The notes beneath the pieces were generated by a model that saw only the letters and a list, made by a program, of their open reading frames with translations, made no database searches and was not told the origin of the DNA. Shown here piece by piece: positions 26,058-34,058 of a stretch of 34,058 nt of DNA (position 1 is its first letter; every line of letters begins with the position of its first letter). The translations under genes and the position numbers were made by a program. The DNA is taken from NCBI GenBank assembly GCA_038045485.1, contig JBBSYA010000018.1, forward strand, positions 1 to 34,058, given 5' to 3'. Source of the DNA: Nanobdellota archaeon (GTDB lineage: Archaea > Nanobdellota > Nanobdellia > Pacearchaeales > GW2011-AR1).

Positions 26058-27782
26058 ATGGCAACAACAATAAAGAACCGGGAAGAGCTTATAAAAAAAT
26101 ATATTGAATTTTTCAAAAAGAACGGACATAAAGAAATTCCGAGTGCAAGTTTAGTTCCTGCAAATGATCCAACAGTCTTATTTACAACCGCAGGAATGCA
26201 TCCTCTTGTTCCTTTTCTTTTAGGACACCCACATCCACTTGGCAAAAGATTAGTTGATGTTCAAAAATGTATTAGAACAGGAGATATAGAAGAAGTCGGC
26301 GATAATTTTCATTTAACATTTTTTGAAATGCTTGGTAACTGGAGTTTGGGTGATTATTTTAAAAAAGAAGCCATAGAATATTCATTTGAATTTTTAACAA
26401 ACCAACTTGGAATCAAGAAAGAAAAACTTTCTGTTACTTGTTTTATAGGAGATAAAGATGCACCGAAAGATGAAGAATCGGCAAAAATCTGGCAATCTCT
26501 TGGAATAAAAAAAGAAAATATAAAGTTTCTTCCAAAAAAAGATAATTGGTGGGGGCCAGCAGGAAATACGGGCCCATGTGGTCCGGATACTGAAATGTTT
26601 GTAAATAATTGCGAAATCTGGAACGATGTTTTTATGCAATATGTTAAGGATGAAAAAGGAAAATATAATTTAGCAAAACAAAAAAATGTTGATACCGGAA
26701 TGGGCGTTGAAAGAACTATCGCCATACTTAATAATTTTCAAAGTGTTTACGAAACGCAAATGTTTCAACCAATAATAAAGGAAATAGAAAAACTGGCAAA
26801 CAAAAAAGCTCTTACAAATAATAAATCTTCAAGAATAGTTGCAGACCACATTAAATCAGCAGTTTTTATTATTGCTGATGGAGTAACTCCAAGCAATGTT
26901 GAGCGAGGCTATGTCCTTAGAAGATTAATCAGAAGAGCAATTCGTCACGCAGCACTTTTAGGAATTAAAGAAAACTTCACAACAAAGCTTGTAGACCCAA
27001 TTTTAGAAATTTATTCAGGCTATTCTGAACTAAAGAAAAATAAAAATAAGATTATAACTGAATTAGAAACAGAAGAAAATAGATTTAGACAAACATTAGA
27101 ATCCGGAATACGAGAATTTGAAAAACTAGCAAAGGATAAAAAAGAAATTCATTGCAAAGATGCTTTCCTCCTTTACCAATCTTATGGTTTTCCAATTGAA
27201 ATGACTGAAGAATTAGCAAAAGAAAAAAAAATTAAAATAGATAAAAAAGGTTTTGAACAAGAATGCCAGATGCATCAAGAATTATCAAGAAAAGCAAGCG
27301 CAGGACAGTTTAAATCAGGATTAGCAGATAATTCAGATCAAACAAAAAAACTTCATACAGCAACCCACTTGCTTAATGAAGCTCTCCGAGCAGTTCTCAA
27401 TGATAAAAACATTCATCAAAAAGGCAGTAACATAAATCCAGAAAGACTGCGTTTTGATTTTAATTTTGGAAGAAAATTAACAGATATAGAATTAGTTGAA
27501 CTTGAAGATTGGGTAAATGATAAAATTAAAAAGAAAATTCCGGTTAAACGAGAAGAGATGAAATTAAGTGATGCCCTCAAATCAGGAGCACAAGCAGAAT
27601 TCGGAGCAAAATATCCTGAAATAGTTTCAGTTTATACAATCAGTGAAGGAAAAAATATTATCAGCAAAGAAATTTGCACGGGCCCTCATATCAACAATAC
27701 TGAGGAACTCGGAAAATTTAAAATTCTCAAAGAAGAAAGTAGCGCTTTAGGGATAAGAAGAATTAAAGCGACAATTCAATAA
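26058..27782 (+). CDS. alaS: Alanine--tRNA ligase, compact form lacking C-Ala
   Basis: DPTVLFTTAGM, QKCIRT, HLTFFEMLGNWS, DTGMGVER, RGYVLRRLIRR, editing motifs HTATH and CTGPH. Ends at RRIKA. Confidence 0.95.
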   Translation: MATTIKNREELIKKYIEFFKKNGHKEIPSASLVPANDPTVLFTTAGMHPLVPFLLGHPHPLGKRLVDVQKCIRTGDIEEVGDNFHLTFFEMLGNWSLGDYFKKEAIEYSFEFLTNQLGIKKEKLSVTCFIGDKDAPKDEESAKIWQSLGIKKENIKFLPKKDNWWGPAGNTGPCGPDTEMFVNNCEIWNDVFMQYVKDEKGKYNLAKQKNVDTGMGVERTIAILNNFQSVYETQMFQPIIKEIEKLANKKALTNNKSSRIVADHIKSAVFIIADGVTPSNVERGYVLRRLIRRAIRHAALLGIKENFTTKLVDPILEIYSGYSELKKNKNKIITELETEENRFRQTLESGIREFEKLAKDKKEIHCKDAFLLYQSYGFPIEMTEELAKEKKIKIDKKGFEQECQMHQELSRKASAGQFKSGLADNSDQTKKLHTATHLLNEALRAVLNDKNIHQKGSNINPERLRFDFNFGRKLTDIELVELEDWVNDKIKKKIPVKREEMKLSDALKSGAQAEFGAKYPEIVSVYTISEGKNIISKEICTGPHINNTEELGKFKILKEESSALGIRRIKATIQ

Positions 27783-27893
27783 TAACAAATCCTGCAAAGA
27801 GAAGCTCCCCTCCTTATATTATAGAATTATTAAAATAGTTTTATAATGCGCAGCACACCCTAAAAATAAATAAAAAGATAAAATAAAATTTGC

Positions 27894-28328
27894 TTATTTA
27901 AAATAAGCTATTGCTTCTTTGTTGAATCCCAGATACCAGATTACAACTGCAGAGATTACTAAGTTTATTAAACTAAATGATGTAAGAGAGCCCAATATAC
28001 CTAATACAGCAAAAACTAATAATAAAATTCTCGCCCAATTTCTTCCGTTCCATAAACCCCTACCAATAAAATAATCTAAAACTCCGCAAGCGATTATCAT
28101 TAATCCCATTAAGATAAATGCTATAGCTCCCCATGTTGCAATTTCCGCATAACCAGGTATTGCACTAAGTAAACTGCTAAAGAAACCAGAACCTGCAATC
28201 ATCATTACTCCAATGAGTGCTGCAAATGCGGCTCCGATATATGCAAGTATAGAAAGGACTTTTACACCTACCGGAATAGATTTAACAATCTCTTTCTGAA
28301 CTTTCACTTTTGATTGTTTTTTTACCAA
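27894..28328 (-). CDS. Four-TM membrane protein
   Basis: TTG start with a strong AGGAGGT ribosome-binding site. Motif GLWNGRNWAR. Confidence 0.75.
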   Translation of the reverse strand: MVKKQSKVKVQKEIVKSIPVGVKVLSILAYIGAAFAALIGVMMIAGSGFFSSLLSAIPGYAEIATWGAIAFILMGLMIIACGVLDYFIGRGLWNGRNWARILLLVFAVLGILGSLTSFSLINLVISAVVIWYLGFNKEAIAYFK

Positions 28329-28356
28329 ATTATTAACCTCCTTTCAAAATTTTAAA

Positions 28357-28875
28357 TTATAAACCGCTTCTACTTTTTTTTGTTATTTTCTTAATAACAA
28401 ATTCTCTTATCTTTTCAGCCTCTTCAATAGATACCGCTGGAAGATATCCTTCTGTAGACATACCTGCACCATTTCTCGAAACAGAATATCCCGCAGTTTG
28501 AATATTTACTGTTGAAAAGCAACATAATCTTGCGATAATTCCGCGAGTTATATCTACATTTTGTATTCTTTCGTAGGGAATATTACTATATCTCTTCCAA
28601 ATTATTCCTCTTTCTATTCTTAATTGCGAATCTGTAAACTCATACTTCCAAAATCTGTAGGATAATCTTGAATAAATTTCTATTATAACCACCGCTATAA
28701 TAATCAAAAATAAAAGATAAATTAGAATTCCTGCCAAATTAATTTTTGATCCAAAAGTCATAATCATAAACGGACTAGACCATATTCCAAAAAAGAAAGT
28801 TAAAAAAAATACTGTAAAAAGACCTCTAACTCTAAACGCCCATTTTGCTCCAGGATGCAATTGTCTTTCAGCCAT
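28357..28875 (-). CDS. Membrane protein with bacterial PH (bPH_2, YdbS-like) domain
   Basis: Two TMs, then Y..WKYEFT..LRIERGII....IPYERIQNVDI.RG...IQTAG. Confidence 0.85.
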   Translation of the reverse strand: MAERQLHPGAKWAFRVRGLFTVFFLTFFFGIWSSPFMIMTFGSKINLAGILIYLLFLIIIAVVIIEIYSRLSYRFWKYEFTDSQLRIERGIIWKRYSNIPYERIQNVDITRGIIARLCCFSTVNIQTAGYSVSRNGAGMSTEGYLPAVSIEEAEKIREFVIKKITKKSRSGL

Positions 28876-28909
28876 AAGAGTATATCCCTGAACTTATTTA
28901 TAAATCTGC

Positions 28910-31900
28910 TTACGCAATAAATATTCCGGGTTTTCCAGGTTTAGCTTTAGAAGATTTTCCTTCAGGATCATACTTATTCTTATCGTTTACTGCAAAAATC
29001 TGCACTTCTTTTCCAGTTCTTTTTGCAATCGCGTCTGCACTATAGTTTCCAAGCTCATTAGGAATAACATAAAGATAAATTTTATTGCCTTCTTTTCCTG
29101 TTTTTTCTTTTATAATATTCAAAACATTAAGGACATCACTCACAACTTTATCAGCATTTTTTTCTGCCTGTTCTAATTTAATATCAATCTTGCTTTCATC
29201 TGCAACAGGCCAGCTTTCAAGCGATAGGAAAGTCTTATGTCCAATTTCATGCCATAACTCTTCAGTAATATGCGGGCAGAATGGATGAATTAATTTCAAA
29301 AGAATTTCATAATTTTCTTTATTAATATCTTCAACAAAAGAATCAATGCATTCAACAATAGAAATTATTGCCTTAGGATATTCAAAAGTTTCCAAAGCAG
29401 AATTAACTTTTTTAATAGCTGCATTAATTTTATTATCTTGTGCGGGAGTAGTTTTATCAGTTATTTTTTTCGCCAATCTAATAATCTTGTTAATTATTCT
29501 AAAACTTCCTTCAACACCCTCGTCACTCCACTCCATCTGTTTATCTGGAGAAGAGACGAACATTAAGAACAATCTTGCAGTATCAATTCCATATTTATCG
29601 GAAATCTCTGTTTGAAAAATAACATTGCCTTTTGACTTTGACATCTTCGCACCATCTTTGTAAACTATTCCCTGATTAAACAATTTAGTAAAAGGTTCAT
29701 CAAAATTTACATAACCCAAATCTCTCAATACCTTTGTAAAAAATCTTGCATAAATTAAATGCATTACTGCATGTTCTGCTCCACCAACATATTGATCAAC
29801 AGGCATCCAATAATCTATTTTCTTTTCATCAAATGGCTTTTTATCATTATGTGAATCACAATATCTCAAAAAATACCAAGAGCTATCTACGAAACCACCC
29901 ATAGTATCTGTCTCTCGCGTTGCTTTCCCGCTGCACTTAGGACATTTTGTATTAACAAACTCTTTATTTGTAGTAATCGGATTTCCTGCAACTTTGAAAT
30001 CAACTTTTTCAGGCAACAAAACAGGAAGTTCTTTTTCAGCAACAGGAACAACACCGCATTTATCACAATAAATAATAGGTATCGGTGTTCCCCAATATCT
30101 TTGTCTTGAAATCATCCAATCTCTAATTTTATAATTCGTAGTTTTTCTTCCCAATTTTAAATCTTCTAAATGTTTTGTAATTTCCTCTATTGCTTTCTTG
30201 CTCTCCATTCCATTAAACTTCCATGAATTAATAAGAATGCCTTCAGAAGTATATGCTTGTTCTCCATTCAGGAAGATATTCCAAGCATATTTATGATTTT
30301 CAAGATTCAAAAAATTAGCTATTTTATCTTTTTCAATCCAAAGACCATCATGATTTTTAGTTTCCTCTTGACTGGGTTTTTTGTATTTATCTGATTTCAA
30401 TTCAATAACAAAAGTCTTATATTTTCCATATCGATTAACATCTTTATGACCTGCATAAAATCTAGCATGTACTTCAAAACCTATTTGTTTTATTGATTTA
30501 ATATCTTGATAGCCTGTTTCTTCTTTCATCTCTCTCAAGGCCGCCTGTTCTGGAGTTTCCCCTTTTTCAATTCCACCCATTAGAAAACTCTTCCATTTAT
30601 GTTCTTTCCAATTTAAACAAAAATATTTATCATCTTTCCAATGTTTAACAATAATAAATACCGAGTCTCTTTCTTCAGTTTTTTTATCAGCCCTAAATGC
30701 ATCTTTATCAAAAGTATTACTAAACAAAGGAGCAATTACTTGCTTCATCGGAATCTTATATTTCTTAGCAAACTCAAAATCTCTTTGGTCATGAGTTGGA
30801 ACAGCCATAACCATTCCACTTCCATAATCTGCAACAACAAAATTTCCAGCCCAAACCGGAACTTTTTCTTTTGTTACAGGATTTATTGCAAAACTTCCTG
30901 TAAAAACTCCGTCTTTATCAAGGCTCTCAACTTCTTCAGGGGTTCGTGCTTTTTTACATCTTTCAACAAATTTTTCAACCTCTTCACGATTATGTTTTGG
31001 AACCAATTCCATTAATTTTGGATGCTGAGCAGCAATAACCATAAACGTAACTCCATAAAGCGTATCTGGTCGAGTTGTAAATACTGGCCATTTTTGGTAT
31101 AATATCTCTTCTAAAAGTTCGGGAAATTCCTCTGTCTTCATATCCCCAAAAGTAAAATGCCCTCTGCCTTCCAATTCAATTAATTTAGCAGGAAGTTCTT
31201 TTCCATATTCTCTGGCTCCTTCAATATGCAAATTGGTATCATTATTAGATGTAAAAATTAAAATTCCATCTGAAACATATTTAGCAATATCATAAATTTT
31301 CCTATCGCCATATAGTTTGGCTCTTGTTTCAAGTCGAGCTTTTCCAGATTTCCCCGGAGAAACTAAAATCAATTTCTTAATCTTCCTTTGTGTTTCTTCT
31401 AACCATCTTACTAAAAATCCGCCACCAGCACTATGACCTACTAAAATCGTATCTTCATTTATTTTATTTTTTTCAAAATTTTTCTTCCAATCTTCATAAT
31501 TTGGTGCCCAGTCTTGAGGATATAGTTCATTACTAACTAATATTTTTCTTTTCTCTAACTCTCTTTTAAGCCAAGGTTTCCAATGGCGTTCATTCTCTAA
31601 TTTGCCTTTTTTTGCTTCATTTTCACTAGAATTAGACCCATGAACAATTATAACATTTGATATATTTTTATCTTCGATTTCAAACTCCACTTCAGTTCCA
31701 TGACTTTTACCAATCCAGTTTCTCTGCATAGTTTTTATTTTGTCACTCCACTGAATTCCTTCTAAATCATTAAGCAATCTATCTGCATAGGCTGTAATTT
31801 TAAAGAACCATTGTTCCATTTCCCTAATTGTAACTTCTTCTCCACATCTCCAACATTTTCCACCTTCGGCTTCTTCATTAGCAAGAACACTCCCACATTT

Positions 31901-32512
31901 CTCACACCAATTAACTGGGGCTTTTTTTCTATAAGCTAATCCTTTTTCAAATAACTTCAAAAAGAAATATTGATTCCATTTATAATATTGCGGTTCATGG
32001 CTTGCAAGTGTTCTACTCCAATCATAACTATTTCCTAACGCTCTAAAATATTCTGTTATTTTTTTAATAGAATTTTCAGTATATTGCTTTGGATGAATTC
32101 CTTCTTTTTTTGCAGCAGTTTCAGCAGGCAATCCAAAACTATCAAAGCCCATAGGATAAAGAACATTAAATCCACTCATTCTTTTAAATCGCGCATAAAC
32201 ATCACCAATTGTAAAATTTCTAACATGCCCCATATGCAAGAAACTTGCACTAGGATAAGGATACATTTCAAGAACATAACACTTTTGTTTCTTAGAGTTC
32301 TCATTAGTCTTGAATATTTCTTTGGCTTCCCATTCTTTCTGCCATTTTTTTTCTATACCTGCGAAATCGGTTTTTTCGTCTTCTTTATATTCGGTTTTCT
32401 TATTTAAGGAGGGTTGACTTGTTAAGGGAAACTTGGTTCCCTTACGACATTCTATAGAAGATTCTAATTTCTTTAATTCCTTTCCCAAATTCATTTTAGT
32501 TTCCTTTTTCAT
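28910..32512 (-). CDS. leuS: Leucine--tRNA ligase with inserted alpha/beta-hydrolase and Nudix domains
   Basis: YVLEMYPYPS..LHMGH (HIGH), MQRNWIGKS, FTTRPDT, GSGMVMAVPTHDQRD, RDWMISRQRYWG, GGAEHA, KMSKSKGN. Inserts carry GHSAGG and GGIEKGETPEQAALREMKEETG. Confidence 0.96.
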   Translation of the reverse strand: MKKETKMNLGKELKKLESSIECRKGTKFPLTSQPSLNKKTEYKEDEKTDFAGIEKKWQKEWEAKEIFKTNENSKKQKCYVLEMYPYPSASFLHMGHVRNFTIGDVYARFKRMSGFNVLYPMGFDSFGLPAETAAKKEGIHPKQYTENSIKKITEYFRALGNSYDWSRTLASHEPQYYKWNQYFFLKLFEKGLAYRKKAPVNWCEKCGSVLANEEAEGGKCWRCGEEVTIREMEQWFFKITAYADRLLNDLEGIQWSDKIKTMQRNWIGKSHGTEVEFEIEDKNISNVIIVHGSNSSENEAKKGKLENERHWKPWLKRELEKRKILVSNELYPQDWAPNYEDWKKNFEKNKINEDTILVGHSAGGGFLVRWLEETQRKIKKLILVSPGKSGKARLETRAKLYGDRKIYDIAKYVSDGILIFTSNNDTNLHIEGAREYGKELPAKLIELEGRGHFTFGDMKTEEFPELLEEILYQKWPVFTTRPDTLYGVTFMVIAAQHPKLMELVPKHNREEVEKFVERCKKARTPEEVESLDKDGVFTGSFAINPVTKEKVPVWAGNFVVADYGSGMVMAVPTHDQRDFEFAKKYKIPMKQVIAPLFSNTFDKDAFRADKKTEERDSVFIIVKHWKDDKYFCLNWKEHKWKSFLMGGIEKGETPEQAALREMKEETGYQDIKSIKQIGFEVHARFYAGHKDVNRYGKYKTFVIELKSDKYKKPSQEETKNHDGLWIEKDKIANFLNLENHKYAWNIFLNGEQAYTSEGILINSWKFNGMESKKAIEEITKHLEDLKLGRKTTNYKIRDWMISRQRYWGTPIPIIYCDKCGVVPVAEKELPVLLPEKVDFKVAGNPITTNKEFVNTKCPKCSGKATRETDTMGGFVDSSWYFLRYCDSHNDKKPFDEKKIDYWMPVDQYVGGAEHAVMHLIYARFFTKVLRDLGYVNFDEPFTKLFNQGIVYKDGAKMSKSKGNVIFQTEISDKYGIDTARLFLMFVSSPDKQMEWSDEGVEGSFRIINKIIRLAKKITDKTTPAQDNKINAAIKKVNSALETFEYPKAIISIVECIDSFVEDINKENYEILLKLIHPFCPHITEELWHEIGHKTFLSLESWPVADESKIDIKLEQAEKNADKVVSDVLNVLNIIKEKTGKEGNKIYLYVIPNELGNYSADAIAKRTGKEVQIFAVNDKNKYDPEGKSSKAKPGKPGIFIA

Positions 32513-32541
32513 GTTTGGCTATATCTTCGTATATTTTTAAA

Positions 32542-32820
32542 TTATACTAAATGACTCAAGTCGATAACTATCCCCTGACTCTTCATGGGGCTAGAAACCA
32601 CATAAGCATATGGTTGAGTAAACCAATAAACCTTACTTTCATTAAATTGTCTAAAATCTTGTCTACCATTATTTGAAACAGCTATTCCAATATCTTCTTG
32701 ACCATCATTGTGAACTATCTGATGCTTCCCACCAGCAGGAATAACATAGCTACTCATACGCTCAAATTTAATGAATTTTTCTTTTTCAGTCAAATGTTTA
32801 GCCTTAATTCCTTCATTCAT
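32542..32820 (-). CDS. Hypothetical protein
   Basis: 92-aa ORF co-directional with leuS, with no recognised motif. Confidence 0.55.
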   Translation of the reverse strand: MNEGIKAKHLTEKEKFIKFERMSSYVIPAGGKHQIVHNDGQEDIGIAVSNNGRQDFRQFNESKVYWFTQPYAYVVSSPMKSQGIVIDLSHLV

Positions 32821-33060
32821 TTTATCTTTTATATTTTATAGTAAAAACTATCAAAAACCTCCTTTTTGAACATTATAATAAAGTTTTGTTTTAATCATTT
32901 TAATCATCCAGAAATTTAAGCGGAAAATAAAATGACTCTTATAAAAGAGTCAAGACTAGCACTAAAGTTAGAACCATTACTGATTGTGCTAGTTTAATTT
33001 CCATAAAAAAATCAAGGGGGGTAAGTTTAAATAGTTTTCCAATATATTGTTTATATCATC

Positions 33061-33567
33061 ATGGCATTCGAAATCTATAGCATATCGAAAAATGTTTTTC
33101 AAAGCAATCGCGAAGAAGCAATAGCTCTTGCCAGTAAGAGCAATATTGGAGAAATTAAAAATGGCAAGGTTCTATATTCAGTTCTTGAAGTTCTCTACTT
33201 ATTAGATAAAAACAAAGCAGAACTAATCGAAAAAAACAAGGCACTAAAATTCGCAGAGTTTATGAAACAAAATAAAAAACTTCATACAATCTATGAAGTC
33301 TTCAAAGATTTACGCGATAAAGGACATATCGTCAAAGAAGGAATGAAATTTGGTGCAGATTTCAGAGTTTATGAAAAAGGTGACAAACCTGGAAAAAATC
33401 ATGCTAAATATCTTCTGCACGTAGTTCAATCAAGCAAAAAATTAGCAATGAAAGATTTTTGCGCAAAAGCTCGTGTTGCCCATTCAACAAATAAAATTCT
33501 TCTTATGGCTATTGTTGATTCGGAAGGCGATGTGAGTTACTATGAAGTTAATTGGAAGAGTAAGTAA
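33061..33567 (+). CDS. endA: tRNA-intron endonuclease (single-unit, alpha4-type size)
   Basis: EVFKDLRDKG, GMKFGADFRVY (Tyr), PGKNHA (His), ARVAHSTNK (Lys) and AIVD.EGDVSYY. Confidence 0.93.
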   Translation: MAFEIYSISKNVFQSNREEAIALASKSNIGEIKNGKVLYSVLEVLYLLDKNKAELIEKNKALKFAEFMKQNKKLHTIYEVFKDLRDKGHIVKEGMKFGADFRVYEKGDKPGKNHAKYLLHVVQSSKKLAMKDFCAKARVAHSTNKILLMAIVDSEGDVSYYEVNWKSK

Positions 33568-33672
33568 TTCTCAGTTTAAGTGAAATAAACTCACCTCCTT
33601 AAAACTTAAACAAAATTCTTATAAATCCGGCATACAATTATTAATATCCTAAGTAATAGATTGCTGAGCAGG

Positions 33673-33726
33673 AGGCGAGAAGTTGCATTTAAGTAAATTA
33701 ATTCATAATAAAAATGCGAGTTCGAG
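33673..33726. repeat. Dispersed hairpin repeat family C, copy 2
   Basis: AGGCGAGAAGTTGCATTTAAGTA...ATAAAAATGCGAGTTCGAG matches 2287-2339. Confidence 0.75.
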
Positions 33727-33777
33727 GAAGCAATCAGGTTGAGATTTTAATTAATTATGTTTACGAAACCAAAGAAT

Positions 33778-34058
33778 CTATTTCTTCACTAAAACAATCT
33801 CAATTGTAGAAACATTAACTTTCTTTCCTTCTTTGTTCTCAAACTCTTCACTATTAATTCTAATATCTTTAACTGTGATATTTTCTTCTTTTAAAAATTT
33901 CTTTGCAGAAACTTCAGCAACATCAACTGCTCTTGAAATAAATTTTCCTCTTGCTTTAACAATAACTTCTTTTTGATTCTTTGTTTTAAACTGAGTAACT
34001 ACTCCCGTAACGTAATTCATAAAGGGCTTTTCGCCAATATAGATTATATTGCTATCTG
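33778..34058 (-). CDS. albA: DNA/RNA-binding protein Alba (start lies beyond window end)
   Basis: The frame stays open upstream of the track's Met: DSNIIYIGEKPFMNYV...VKARGKFISRAVDVAE...VSTIEI. Confidence 0.93.
   Translation of the reverse strand, partial: DSNIIYIGEKPFMNYVTGVVTQFKTKNQKEVIVKARGKFISRAVDVAEVSAKKFLKEENITVKDIRINSEEFENKEGKKVNVSTIEIVLVKK

Noticed and set aside
30262-31675. Inteins in LeuRS
   Set aside because: The inserts lack Cys/Ser-start and His-Asn-end splicing motifs and LAGLIDADG blocks, and are recognisable hydrolase domains.
1702-32407. Numerous short ORFs opposite or inside recognised genes (e.g. 4193..4549, 18274..18738, 24238..24576, 26354..26725, 30641..31015)
   Set aside because: They overlap well-supported genes, have the F/S/L/I-rich composition typical of antisense frames, and show no motifs.

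Overview
This is an AT-rich archaeal window, most likely from a DPANN/Nanobdellota (Pacearchaeota/Woesearchaeota-like) genome. The inference rests on TFE, Alba, an archaeal tRNA-intron endonuclease, NreA, an archaeal-type ProRS, TATA boxes about 22-30 nt before start codons, and reduced AlaRS/LeuRS architectures. Bases 1-11.2 kb form an accessory island. It holds a lectin-repeat surface protein preceded by an unannotated ribbon-helix-helix gene with a palindromic operator, followed by a signal-transduction cluster with no DNA-binding output. That cluster contains one active KaiC/RAD55-like ATPase, two degenerate KaiC-like proteins, a Cache-HAMP histidine kinase, a membrane HAMP-PAS-PAS sensor split by an in-frame TAG, three stand-alone receivers and a hemerythrin. 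The rest is mostly housekeeping: gatB, tRNA-Arg(UCG), proS, a DHH phosphoesterase, a DisA-like diadenylate cyclase, nreA, a surface glycoprotein, SpoIIM, a rhomboid protease, tfe, alaS, leuS, endA and alba. LeuRS is a chimera carrying inserted alpha/beta-hydrolase and Nudix domains. At least three families of dispersed, structured intergenic repeats are present, one with compensatory base changes and C(GAA)G mini-hairpins.
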